Source: Kiritimatiellia bacterium
GTDB taxonomy: Bacteria > Verrucomicrobiota > Kiritimatiellia > RFP12 > UBA1067
Assembly: GCA_050949565.1 (NCBI GenBank)
Contig: JBMNFY010000010.1
Coordinates: 192,001-256,000 of the forward strand
Direction of reading: 5' to 3'
Length of the DNA stretch: 64,000 bases
Shown: piece by piece, positions 29,907 through 40,124 of the stretch
Layout: every line of letters begins with the position of its first letter
Position numbering within the stretch: the first letter of the stretch is position 1
Notes under the pieces: model-generated
Told to the model about the DNA's origin: nothing
The model's input: only the letters and a program-made list of their open reading frames with translations
The model's database searches: none
Program-made: the position numbers and the translations under genes

Positions 29907-31020
29907 GCTTCTTTCCGGTAGCCAGCAGGCATTCGATGGTCGCCTTGATCTCTTCCCAGTCGCGCCGCAACGGCGTCATGACCACGGTGTCCACAACCCG
30001 TTCGATGTCCTCGCGTCCGGTGAAATGCGCGCCGAGCTGCGAACGCTTGGCCGGGTCGAGGCCGCGCTCGAAGAGGGTGCCGAAGATGGAGGGATCGACG
30101 GCGCTCCAGTCGAGCGACGAGACGGCGGCAAGCCGTTTGATGTCGTCGGGGGTGAGGCCGGGGACGGTGTGGTCGTCGAAGAGGCTGCCGTTGAAGTGGC
30201 GGATGGCCTCGAGACCGAAATCGCCGCCGGTGGCCATCGCCTCGAAGAGCGAGGTCAGGCTTCTGCCGAACCGCGCGGGGTCTGCGCCGGTCTTCTCCAG
30301 CATCCGGGTAAAGATCATGTCGGGCAGGAGTGCCGAGTCTTCGGCGAAGAGGCAAAAAACGATGCGGTCCAGGAAGTGGGCGACGGTGCCGGGGTCGAGG
30401 CCGCGTTCGCGCATGGCGGCGGCAATCTCGCCGATTCGGGCGGCGGCTTCCTGGGTGACGGCGACGCTGGTGCGGCCGGGGATGAGAGCCTTGGGATTGT
30501 GAAAGACGGCCCGCATGATTTCGATGTTGCGGGGCTCGGCGAGGGCTTCGAGCGGGATTTCGTGGACGTCGGATACGGTGCCGGTGAAGTTGGTGCGCAC
30601 CACGATGCGATCCAGATCGCACAGGACGAGCAGGGGCGGATTCTCCAGCGCATTGCGGTAGCGCAGGAGCTGGTCAAAGGCGGTGTCGAGATCCTTGTGC
30701 TTGCCCTTGTATTCCCAGCCAGCCGAAGAAGCCGCGCTTCCAGACATCGGCGAAGCCGTCGCCCCCGCCGTGCTTGGCGGCACCCTTCTCGAAGCAGAAT
30801 GACTCGCCGGTGGGATCGGCGGCTGCGGGCGTGGGATGGTCAAAGACATGGCAGAGGTCGAGAAAATGCTCTTGCGCGGCGGAGCGTTCCTTTAGCTCCA
30901 CCTTGCGCCACTTGGCAATGAACTCGTGTACAGTCATAGACAACACAATACCACGCGGATAAAGCCGGGAACAAGGCGGATGTGTAAGCTGACCGTTTCT
31001 AGCGTTTCTTGCTCATAAGT

Positions 31021-31131
31021 GTGGCACGGGCATCCTGCCCGTGTTTTGGCACCATGGGCGGGACGCCCATGTCACGTGTTCCGGCATCATGGGCGGGACG
31101 CCCATGCCACGAGGGTTTTCGCAAGAGCCTC
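31021..31131. repeat. Three REP units plus one MITE arm upstream of the MmeI-like gene
   Basis: REPs at 31021-31110 followed by GAGGGTTTTCGCAAGAGCCTC. Confidence 0.85.
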
Positions 31132-31151
31132 GTCTGCTAAAAACGGAGGGG

Positions 31152-32792
31152 TTATGGCAGCGCGGCCAAAGCCTGTTGCAGGTTCGGGTAGAACATCCGG
31201 TCACCCGGCAGATCACCCCAACCGGCTCTTCGGACGATATCTCTGACGCCCGCTTTCATGCCGGCGCAAGCGAACTGCACGTTGGCGGCGGCGCAGTCGC
31301 GCATCAGCTCCGTCAACATCGATACGGCCACGCCATCGATATCATTGACGCCGGACATGTCCAGCAGTACCCAGCGCACCTCGGGCTGTTGCGCCAGAAG
31401 TTCCCTGATCCGGTCTTCCACAAATCCGGCATTGGCGAAATAGAGGCTGGCTTCGAAACGCAGGATCAGTAGCCAGGGCTGCGTGACCGCATCCGGATAA
31501 CGCCGGAGGTCGCGAAACTCTTGCTCTCCGACCCGTCCCAGAATCGACATCCCCGGGCGAGCACTGCGCAGGACGAACAGCATGAGCGAAAAAGCGATAC
31601 CGGCTAGCAGTCCTCTGTCCATCCCAAAGCCCAGTGTCACCAGAAAGGTCACCACGAAGCTCCAGCCGTCGGCCTGCTTGATTTTAAAGAGGTACCGCGC
31701 TTCCTTGAAATCGATCAAGCCGATCACCGCCACCAGAATGATTGCCGCCAATACCGCATTGGGCAGATGGGTGAACAATGGCGTCAAGAACAGCAGCGTC
31801 AACAAGACTAGCGCGGCCGTGAAGACCGACGCCAGCGGTGTGCGTGCGCCGGCCTGATAGTTCACCGCAGTGCGGGAAAAACCGCCTGCGACCGGGTAGC
31901 CGGAAAACAGGCCGCCTGCCACATTGGCCAATCCCAGTCCAAGCATTTCACGGTTGGCGTCGATGCGATATTTCTCGCGGGTGGCGATCCACTTCGCCAC
32001 CGCGATGGACTCCATCGTGCCGACAAAGACAATCATCCATGCCGAAGGCAGCAGGTGCCGGATGCCATTCCAAGACATGTCGGGCAAACGCCAAGCCGGC
32101 AGGCCGCTGGAAACCTTTCCGACCGCGCGCACGCCGTACGCTTCCAGATTGAACGTCCAGACCAGCAGGATGGCTGCTGCGATAATCGGCAAGGTGACCG
32201 GGAAGCGCCAGCGTTTGAAGCGAGCCAGAAGCTGAATCGCGACAGCGCCCAAACCAATCGCAAGTGTCGGCAGATGCGTGTCAGAGAGGTTGCGCATCAC
32301 ATCCAGAGCCAGCGCCAGCACGGAGTTTCCGCCCGACAACTTGACCCCCAGCAGGTGCCCAAACTGGCTGAGGCCGATCATAATGGCGCCTGCGGAGGTA
32401 AAGCCGCTGACCACGGCATGCGAGACGAAGTTGAGCAGAAAACCCGCACGGCACAGCCCGAGTGCGATTTGTATCGCCCCGACCAGCAACGCCAGCGCGG
32501 CCGCCCGACCGGTTATCGTCGCCACATCGGCAACGGTACCCGCCGGTCCGACGCAGGCATCGGCCACCAACAGCGACACAATAGCGACAGGCCCGACCGC
32601 AAGTTGCCGCGACGTACCCAAGCACGCATAAGCGAGCAAGGGCACAGTCGAGGCATACAGCCCAACCACAGGCGGCAACCCGGCCAGCATCGCATAGGCC
32701 ATCGCTTGCGGCACTAACATCACCGCAACAATCAGTCCGGCGATGATGTCCTTACGCAAGTCCTGCCGACTGTAGGTCCGCAACCAGGTCAC
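31152..32792 (-). CDS. SulP/SLC26 anion permease with STAS domain
   Basis: DIIAGLIVAVMLVPQAMAYA, GGFSRTAVN, LYFANA...LDMSGVNDID. Confidence 0.93.
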   Translation of the reverse strand: MTWLRTYSRQDLRKDIIAGLIVAVMLVPQAMAYAMLAGLPPVVGLYASTVPLLAYACLGTSRQLAVGPVAIVSLLVADACVGPAGTVADVATITGRAAALALLVGAIQIALGLCRAGFLLNFVSHAVVSGFTSAGAIMIGLSQFGHLLGVKLSGGNSVLALALDVMRNLSDTHLPTLAIGLGAVAIQLLARFKRWRFPVTLPIIAAAILLVWTFNLEAYGVRAVGKVSSGLPAWRLPDMSWNGIRHLLPSAWMIVFVGTMESIAVAKWIATREKYRIDANREMLGLGLANVAGGLFSGYPVAGGFSRTAVNYQAGARTPLASVFTAALVLLTLLFLTPLFTHLPNAVLAAIILVAVIGLIDFKEARYLFKIKQADGWSFVVTFLVTLGFGMDRGLLAGIAFSLMLFVLRSARPGMSILGRVGEQEFRDLRRYPDAVTQPWLLILRFEASLYFANAGFVEDRIRELLAQQPEVRWVLLDMSGVNDIDGVAVSMLTELMRDCAAANVQFACAGMKAGVRDIVRRAGWGDLPGDRMFYPNLQQALAALP

Positions 32793-32803
32793 GGCGGGGT
32801 TCC

Positions 32804-34180
32804 TCAGCGGTTTTTCTGCGAGATCTGCCAGGCGGTCATACCGCCGATCAGGCTGAAGACCTTCGAGTATCCCCGGGACTTTAGGATGCTACCGGCGATG
32901 TTGGCGCGATAGCCGGAACCGCAGACAACGGTGATGTGACAGGCCTTGTCTAGGTCAAAATCCCCTGCGATGATTTTCCCGATCGGGATATGCAACGCCC
33001 GTTCGATATGGCCGGAGTCCCATTCACCGTCGGAACGCACATCCACGATCAGATGATCGGGATACTTCTCAGACACCCTCATCAGACTCTCGGGAGTGAG
33101 TTGGGGCAGATGGTCCAAAGGTTTGGCTTGTGCCGCCCATCCGCTGATACCGTCGCCGAGATAACCGATCAGACGGTCATAACCGGCCCGGCGGTAGATA
33201 TACGCGGCTTCTTCTGCTCTGGCGGGTGTGTCCGCGACGATGATGAGATCGGTGTCGGCCGGTATTACCATCCCTAGCCAGTTCACCGAAGATGGTGTCA
33301 GTCCGATATTCACGGAGCCCCGGATATGCGCCGCGCCGAAGGCACTCGGCACGCGTGTGTCGACAATTTTTGCTCCTCGATCCAGCGCTTCTTCGACCTG
33401 CTTTACATTCAGCAGATTGAAGGGAGCGGCCTTGACCAACGCGGCGGGGCCACGCCGATTCTTATCGACCATTACCGCGAAGTTGTCTGGCCGGACTTGA
33501 AAGCCCGTGGTCATGATCTCGTGGAATTGCTCGAAGGGCATGTTGTTCAGCAGCGGGTTGTTGCGGCGCTCAAACCCCAGCGTGGACACCGGTTTTGGGC
33601 TCATGCCGCGACCGCACAGCGAGCCTTCACCGTGGGCGGGATAGACTTCCACCCAGTCGGGGAAGCGGGCCAGCTTCACGTACAGGCTGTCGTACAAGTT
33701 TTTGACCTGCTCCTCCAATAAATCTGCTCCGGCCAGATCAGGCCGACCGATGTCGCCGATGAACAGAAGGTCGCCCGTCAGTAGCGCAAAAACGTCTTCC
33801 GACCGGCTGTGATCCGTCACAGCGAAACTCACCGAGTTTGGCGTATGTCCGAAGGTTTCGATCACTTCCAACTCTGCGGCTCCGAACCGGAAACGGTCGC
33901 CGTCGTGCAAGTCCTCATGCGGATAGCCCGCTTCGACACCGGGATGCACATAAATCTTCGCGCCGGTCCGCGCCGCCAGTTCATTGCTGCCGGTGATGTG
34001 GTCGGCGTGCAGGTGCGTGTCGAAGATATGTGTGATCCGGACGCCGTGTTGCTGTGCCGCCTGCAGATAACGCTCGACATGCCGCTCGGGATCGACCACA
34101 CAGGCCGTTCCGGAAGCCGGACAGCCGAGCAGATAGGAGAAACACCCCAGACCGTCCACTTTGAATTGCTGAAACAACAT
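32804..34180 (-). CDS. MBL-fold persulfide dioxygenase fused to rhodanese domains (CstB/Blh-like)
   Basis: DTHLHADHITG, GHTP, TGDLLFIGDIGRPDL, YPAHGEGSLCG, rhodanese VCGSGYRA. Confidence 0.88.
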   Translation of the reverse strand: MLFQQFKVDGLGCFSYLLGCPASGTACVVDPERHVERYLQAAQQHGVRITHIFDTHLHADHITGSNELAARTGAKIYVHPGVEAGYPHEDLHDGDRFRFGAAELEVIETFGHTPNSVSFAVTDHSRSEDVFALLTGDLLFIGDIGRPDLAGADLLEEQVKNLYDSLYVKLARFPDWVEVYPAHGEGSLCGRGMSPKPVSTLGFERRNNPLLNNMPFEQFHEIMTTGFQVRPDNFAVMVDKNRRGPAALVKAAPFNLLNVKQVEEALDRGAKIVDTRVPSAFGAAHIRGSVNIGLTPSSVNWLGMVIPADTDLIIVADTPARAEEAAYIYRRAGYDRLIGYLGDGISGWAAQAKPLDHLPQLTPESLMRVSEKYPDHLIVDVRSDGEWDSGHIERALHIPIGKIIAGDFDLDKACHITVVCGSGYRANIAGSILKSRGYSKVFSLIGGMTAWQISQKNR

Positions 34181-34196
34181 GCCCTGTCCTCCTAGA

Positions 34197-34847
34197 CTAA
34201 TCTAGGTTCTTGTAGCAGAACCACCAGTCGAACGCCTCATACTCTTTGCGGCGCTTCTCAATGACGGCTATGTCCACTGGCGGCGGGACAATGACCTTGT
34301 CCTTGATCAGCTCATTGTTCGGCCAGCCTGCCGGCATGGCGACTTTGTTGGCGTCAGACACCTGCAGGGCCTTGACCGCACGGACGACCTCGTCGATATT
34401 GCGGCCGGCCTCCTGCGGATAGTACATGATCAGACGGACGATGCCCTCGGGATCGACCACAAAGACCGCGCGCACCGTGTTGGTGCCCTTGCCGGGATGC
34501 AGCATCCCCAGTTTCAGCGCAATGGCATCATTGGCGGCGATAACGGGAAACTCGATGTCGACCTTCAATTCGCTCTTGATCCATTCGATCCACTTGATGT
34601 GTGAGAAAACCTGATCGATCGACATCCCGACCAACTTGCAACCCAGGGCTTTGAATTGGTCATAGCGTTTTTGGAACGCGACAAACTCGGTTGTGCAGAC
34701 CGGGGTGAAATCCGCCGGATGGCTGAACAGCACAAACCAGTTTCCTTTCAAGTCCCCCGGAATGTTCATCGGGCCCTGCGTGGTCATAACCGACAACTCC
34801 GGAAACTTATCACCCAACAATGGCATGCTGTTTCTTGCTTCTTCCAT
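34197..34847 (-). CDS. Peroxiredoxin (Prx6-type)
   Basis: [25 protein letters not shown]-terminal DWWFC. Confidence 0.93.
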   Translation of the reverse strand: MEEARNSMPLLGDKFPELSVMTTQGPMNIPGDLKGNWFVLFSHPADFTPVCTTEFVAFQKRYDQFKALGCKLVGMSIDQVFSHIKWIEWIKSELKVDIEFPVIAANDAIALKLGMLHPGKGTNTVRAVFVVDPEGIVRLIMYYPQEAGRNIDEVVRAVKALQVSDANKVAMPAGWPNNELIKDKVIVPPPVDIAVIEKRRKEYEAFDWWFCYKNLD

Positions 34848-35095
34848 GTTATGTTCTCCTTTTACTTGAATGACGATAACGTACCTGACGAATCACACCA
34901 CACGGTGTGAACCTGACCAAGAAGGAACCTCCTTCATTGCCAAAAGTATTCTGGAAAAAGGCTCGGGTGTCAACCCCCGTGAGGGATTTGGAAATTTAGG
35001 ATTTAGGAGTTTTTATTTGCGAGTTGAGTTAAGGTGTCCGGCTTTACGATAGGTTTACACTTTCTTCTTGAAGTCTAAGAAGAAAGCGGGTAGCA

Positions 35096-35488
35096 ATGAA
35101 GGACAGAATGAGGTACAGTGAAGCGTTCAAACTCAAGGTAATGGAGGAGCTGAGGGATGCAAAATGGAAGTCAGTTCAGGAGGCCGCCAAGGCATATGGA
35201 ATTTCGGAGATGTCGGTCTACAACTGGATGCACAAGCTCGGCTTCGAACATCTGAAAGGAAGGCTCGTTTACGTGAAGACACGGACGGAATTGGATCGGA
35301 TCAAGGAGCTCGAGGCGGAGAACCTCCGCCTCAAGCAGAGCCTCGCGGACGAGGTGCTCGACAACAGGCTGAACCAGGCGTTTCTTCGGATCGCCTGCCG
35401 GCGGGCCGGGACGACCGTCGAAGATCTAAAAAAAAAGAATGGTGGGATGCCGCCCACGACACCCACGAGCGGGATGGCCTGCCAGTGA
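35096..35488 (+). CDS. IS3-family OrfA (HTH)
   Basis: YSEAFKLKVM...YGIS..SVYNW and a coiled coil. Confidence 0.88.
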   Translation: MKDRMRYSEAFKLKVMEELRDAKWKSVQEAAKAYGISEMSVYNWMHKLGFEHLKGRLVYVKTRTELDRIKELEAENLRLKQSLADEVLDNRLNQAFLRIACRRAGTTVEDLKKKNGGMPPTTPTSGMACQ

Positions 35489-36315
35489 CGAGGCTTTGCG
35501 CCAGATGTGGAAAGAGCACGGTCGCCTACTACAAGGGCCGCAAGGCGCGCGAGAAGCGCGTCGGGCGGGAAGACGTCATTCTTCTGCTGGCCCGTCGCGA
35601 ACGCATTGTCAACCCGATGGCCGGCTGTAAGAAAGTGCTTTTCGCCATCCGGCCGGAAATGGCCGAGGCGGGGATCTCGATGGGCGTCAACAGCTTCTAC
35701 AAGCTGATGAAGGAGAACGGCATGATGGTGCCGAAACGCAAGAAATACAGCTGCAAGACGACGCGGCAGGACAAGTCTCTGGCGCCTTCGCCGAATCTGG
35801 TCAAGGACATGGAGATCAATGCTCCCGATCAGGCGGTGTGCTCGGACATCACGTACATCTACACGGAAGAGGGGTTCCTGTTCCTTTCACTGATGATGGA
35901 CATGTTCGTGCGCGACATCGTCGGCTGGGCGGTCTGCGACTCGCTGAAGGCCGAGGGCCCCCTGGCCGCGCTGGAGATGGCGAGCCGTGCGCTGAAGCCG
36001 GGAGCGAAACCCGTGGCGCACTCCGACCGCGGCTGCCAGTACGCTTCGCACGCCTACCGCGAGGCGCTCGAGAAGCTCGGCTGGCGGTCCAGCATGACGG
36101 AAGAACTCCACTGCTACGAGAATGCGATGGCGGAGCGCCTGAACGGCATTCTCAAGCATGAGTATTTCCTCAACACGCACTTCAAGACGAAGAAGGAAGC
36201 GATCAAGGCGATCAAAGAGGCGATCCGGATCTACAACACGCGCAGGCTGCACGAGAAGTGTGGCTTCAAGACGCCGGCGGCGTTCCGTGAGGAGACGATG
36301 AAAAAAGTTGCATGA
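35430..36315 (+). CDS. IS3-family OrfB (DDE), probably reached by -1 frameshift
   Basis: CSDITYI, HSDRGCQY, ENAMAERLNGILKHE, YNTRRLH. Confidence 0.9.
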
Positions 36316-36401
36316 GGTCGGCGGCCGCCGCCCCCCCCGGGGGGGGCGCACCCCTTGAAGGGAAGCACATCAATGTTCAACCAACCATCAAGAACCAAGT
36401 G

Positions 36402-37271
36402 TTAACCTGGAGCCGTGACTTGACACCGATCAGCAAGATGTCCGATCCATTCCTTCACGAGGAACGGTAGGCGTGTCAGTATTTCTCTGCCGATTAAAAC
36501 TTCGTCGACGTAACCCATGTGTAACATGTCAACGATCCGGCATAAGTAGGATTTCCCGCAACTCCACCATGTATAGTGCGCATCGATAATCAGATAATGT
36601 AGAACGTCTATATTTTCGGCGGTCGCAAGCTCCTCAATTTCCATTCCGTCCAGCAATGTTTCATAGACACCGTCAGCAACACGGCTACCGAAGGTTGTCG
36701 TGTAGTAATATTCCTTAATTTCCCAAACGGCGACCGGATTCAGGACGGACGGAAATGCGCCATCCATTCTTCTGGCAAACGTCCGCAAAGGGTTCCCGTC
36801 GCGCATGACGGTTGCTAGTGCTCTTGGGTCATAATCACATTCTTGCCCTTTGACAACGGACTCGATAAGCATGTTGACCATGCATGTCAGGTAGGCTGGT
36901 GCTCTCATTTTGCCCTTCTGCTTATTCATGGGCAACGGGCACTTAGGTTTGAGCTTTTTCTTTAGTGCTGTGAATTCTTTCTTTGCCTGTGTTACATCCA
37001 TGAGATTGGGCTCTACCACATTCAGAAGCAGATCGGCTCGGTAGGCGAAATATTCAACGAGTTTGTCCCATGTCGGGACGCCTTCCGGTAAAATTGCGTC
37101 CAGACTGGCGGGAGTAATGCCAATCTTATCCAACTGCTTTTCGACGACTTTACGTGATGGAACGTGGAGTTCACCCGTACCCCGTTTGGTGTATCCACAT
37201 TCCTGCCCGATCAACCGGACAAACGCCCAGAATGGTTTAGGCAATCCAAGAAAACGTGTATCAGGAGTCAT
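36402..37271 (-). CDS. Probable Type II restriction endonuclease (PD-(D/E)xK); last codons supplied by the IS3 end
   Basis: MDGAFP...WEIKE catalytic-like motif; overlaps a controller gene and lies next to a methyltransferase; lower GC. Confidence 0.72.
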   Translation of the reverse strand: MTPDTRFLGLPKPFWAFVRLIGQECGYTKRGTGELHVPSRKVVEKQLDKIGITPASLDAILPEGVPTWDKLVEYFAYRADLLLNVVEPNLMDVTQAKKEFTALKKKLKPKCPLPMNKQKGKMRAPAYLTCMVNMLIESVVKGQECDYDPRALATVMRDGNPLRTFARRMDGAFPSVLNPVAVWEIKEYYYTTTFGSRVADGVYETLLDGMEIEELATAENIDVLHYLIIDAHYTWWSCGKSYLCRIVDMLHMGYVDEVLIGREILTRLPFLVKEWIGHLADRCQVTAPG

Positions 37272-37488
37272 GGTGTGGGAGGTACTCCGCTAAGAAGGCG
37301 TTGAGGTCGAGACCTAACGCCCGGCAGATGTTGATTGTTTCGACGAAAGTCAGCAATCGCTCGCCTGACTCGTATTTGCTGACGAATGACTGATGGACGT
37401 TCAACTTTTCGGCAAGGTCTTCTTGACGGAGTCCAGCTTCGACGCGGCATTTTCGCAATAATTTGCGCAACGTTTCTTTCTTCACCAT
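37261..37488 (-). CDS. XRE-family HTH regulator (probable R-M controller C protein)
   Basis: 75 aa, GLRQEDLAEKLNVHQSFVSKYESGER; directly upstream of the REase. Confidence 0.8.
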   Translation of the reverse strand: MVKKETLRKLLRKCRVEAGLRQEDLAEKLNVHQSFVSKYESGERLLTFVETINICRALGLDLNAFLAEYLPHHDS

Positions 37489-37522
37489 CAGAAAACCGAT
37501 TTCGTTTCATGCATTCCAATAT

Positions 37523-38978
37523 CGCGGTCCGTCAAATAGAAAAGACACCGTAGGTTTTTTTGAGGCGGTGACGATCCGTCAAATACTGGACACCGAGGGG
37601 GTCAAGGGACGAGGGGCTGGTCAACGGCGTGAAGGGTGGCCGGGTTCCGCGCCCTGTCCCGCCGGTATTCCGGCGGGACAGGGCGCGGAACCCGGGGTGG
37701 TCATCCCTTGCGCTTCGCGTTTGGCGAGCTTGTTCTGCTTGCGCAGGATCAGCGCGTATCGGCGGCGGATGTCCTCAAGGAGGCGGATCGGATTGGTCTT
37801 TTCGCGGAGCGCGGTAAGACGCCGGATCACGGCGGGGTCCGCGTATCCCGACGCAATCACCCTGTCGAGGGGCGTGGCGGGCTTGTCGTAACGCTTGGAG
37901 AAGCCGTGCGAGTCCGGCCTTTTGGTTTTGGAGATGAGCCGCTTGCAGGGGCGGAAGAGGTTGTTGTACAGCGATATCTTCGCGCACAGGACGTCCATGT
38001 CCTTCTTGAGCTCGAGGCGGTCGATGCGCTCGTAGCCGAAATACTCGCGGACGACGGAGGCGTTCTTCTGCTCCACGCGGGCGTTGTCGTTCTTGTTCCC
38101 GGGGCGGGAACGGGTGAAGGCGAGGGGCGGGGGCGGTCCCGCGCGTAGCCGAGCACGTGGGCGTTGAGGAACTCCAGCCCGCTGTCCGAGTGCATGGCCG
38201 TGAGCGGGAACGGGAACGCGGCCTCGGCGTCGGCGAGGCCTTCCTTGGTCGCGGCCGCGCCGCGGTTCCAGACGCAGCGCAGCTCCGTCCACTGCGTCAG
38301 GCGGTCCGTGAGCGTGAGGATCCAGAAGAAGTTGCCGCTCATGTCGCCCCCGCAGAGCGCGACCGTGTCGACCTGCGTGTCGCCGGGGGCGGCGGGCGGC
38401 AGCGCCTCGCCCGGGACGCAGGGGACGCTCGACGCCAGCGCGTTCGCCCCGCTGCGGCGGTTGCGGCGGCGCGGGGCCTCGCGCGGGTGCTTGCGGAGGA
38501 TGCGCTCCATCGTCGACGCGCTCATGCGCAGAACCTGCGCCGCGGCCGCCTCGTCGACATGCTCGAGCTCGCGCAGCGCGGCCATCTGGCGGCCCGCCAC
38601 GGTCACAAGGTACTGGGGCGTCATGCGTCCCGAGGCGCGCCAGAGACGCAGGAACAGGGCTTCCGCCCCGGGCGTGTACGTCTTCCCGCGCCCGGCGTGA
38701 TCGCGGTACTTCCGGTTGCCGGTCAGCAGCCGGATGGCGTATTTGCGCTCGGCCCCCGTGACCTGGCAGAAGTCGTCGATCGCGGCACTCTTGGCCTTCT
38801 TGCTCTTCAGTTTTGAATAGGCGCGACGCTTCGCGCCGACGTATTCCATCGTGGCTTTCCGTGACATCTCGTTTCTCATGCGAGCCGATTCTAGCACGGT
38901 GTCCAGTATTTGACGGATGCGCTTGATTTCCGGACACCGCGATTTTGGCTACGGTGTCCATGACTATGACATACCGCG
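37523..38978 (-). mobile_element. ISNCY-like integrase-core IS with multi-box IRs and probable ATAT target duplication
   Basis: Perfect 22-bp inverted pair 37574-37595 / 38897-38918; outer CGCGGT...ACCGCG flanked by ATAT on both sides. Confidence 0.75.
37621..38879 (-). pseudogene. DDE transposase with 1-nt frameshift in a G/C run near 38130
   Basis: TQVDTVALCG, MHSDSGLEF in one frame; FTRSRPGNKNDNARVEQKN in the next. Confidence 0.8.
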
Positions 38979-39018
38979 ATATAGAATATTATTGATTTAC
39001 ATCTCAAATTAGGATATT

Positions 39019-39924
39019 GTGGTCGGCACAATGAGGGTAAAGGAAGACACGCTTGATATGTTCTACGGGACTGAGTTTCAGTATGTTCCGCCTTTCAGAA
39101 CGCAACTGCTCAAGTGGATTGGCAACAAGCAAAGGTTCGCCCATGAGATCGCCTCGTACTTTCCGACGGACGTTAAGACATACTACGAGCCGTTTTTGGG
39201 AAGTGGGGCGGTATTAGCCACAATGCAACCCCTGTCTGCCCTCGGGTCCGATGCGTTCGGCCCGCTGATTGAGATATGGGAGACGTTGCGCGACAACCCG
39301 GACGAACTAGTACGGTGGTACACCGAGCGATACAAAGAATATTTCGAGATGGGTAAGCCCGAAGGGTATGAGAGGATCAAAGCTCGGTACAATGCGGCAC
39401 CGAACGGGGCTGATCTTCTTTTTCTCTGCCGGAGCTGCTACGGCGGTGTTGTGCGTTTCAGAAAAACGGACGGGTATATGTCCACCCCTTGCGGTGTGCA
39501 TACGCCGATCACTCCTGGATCTTTTGCGCAGCGAGTACAGGTTTGGCGTCGACGCACCGCCGGCGCATCGTTCGCTCGGCTTGATTTTAGTGAGGCGATG
39601 CAGAGAGCGGAGAGTGGGGACCTTGTGTATTGCGATCCGCCCTATACCCATAGTCAGACCATTCTCTATCAGGGGCAGGGCTTTGAACTGGACCGACTGA
39701 TGCGCGAAATCATGTCCTGTAAGGAACGTGGAGTTCGCGTTGCCCTGAGCATTGACGGGCAGAAGAAGTCGGGTACGGTGAAGTGCAATCTCGACATTCC
39801 CAGTGGTCTGTTTGAGCGGGAAGTGCTAGTCGATTGTGGACGCAGTATGCTCCGCCGCTTCCAGCGAGAAGGTGAGACACTGGAAGACGATGTGGTTCAT
39901 GATCGCCTTCTGCTGACGTATTGA
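39019..39924 (+). CDS. Dam-like (D12 class) N6-adenine DNA methyltransferase; start uncertain
   Basis: LKWIGNK, YYEPFLGSGAV, LVYCDPPY. Confidence 0.92.
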   Translation: MVGTMRVKEDTLDMFYGTEFQYVPPFRTQLLKWIGNKQRFAHEIASYFPTDVKTYYEPFLGSGAVLATMQPLSALGSDAFGPLIEIWETLRDNPDELVRWYTERYKEYFEMGKPEGYERIKARYNAAPNGADLLFLCRSCYGGVVRFRKTDGYMSTPCGVHTPITPGSFAQRVQVWRRRTAGASFARLDFSEAMQRAESGDLVYCDPPYTHSQTILYQGQGFELDRLMREIMSCKERGVRVALSIDGQKKSGTVKCNLDIPSGLFEREVLVDCGRSMLRRFQREGETLEDDVVHDRLLLTY

Positions 39925-40124
39925 TTTTCCTGTGAAACCTAGTCTGTGAAACCTTTGTCACCCAAGCGACAAAATAGTTTCTCCTGCCCAATTCCAATTG
40001 CCCCGTGGGGATAGAGGCGCAACTGAAACCAAAGAACGGTGAAAGTTTAACTTGCTCTTTTTAGGCTGAATCGCTTTTCGCATCTGTGATTGCCGGAGCT
40101 GTTGATTGCGTGTATGATGGGGGC

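Larger units (their letters stand above)
26956..30937 (-). pseudogene. MmeI-like (Type IIL/IIG) restriction endonuclease-methyltransferase with in-frame REP/RAYT insertions; broken by a 4-bp duplication (~30715-30724) and a TGA (28516-28518)
   Basis: N-terminal ERSAAQEHFLDLC...FADVWK...WEYKG nuclease region, IFGTLFER, GAHFT, motif I LDPACGSGNF, motif IV IIGNPPFLGG, C-terminal RTLTKLYN...LDAAVAAAYGW; pieces join into a 1325-aa frame. Confidence 0.88.
35035..36425 (+). mobile_element. IS3-family insertion sequence
   Basis: Imperfect IRs TGTC...AGGTTTACAC and GTGTTAACCT...GACA; orfA/orfB overlap with an A9G slippery run at ~35428-35437. Confidence 0.85.

Noticed and set aside
38120-38145. Programmed frameshift in the ISNCY-like transposase
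   Set aside because: It falls within the DDE core in a G/C run, not at a canonical slippery site; mutation or sequencing error is more likely.
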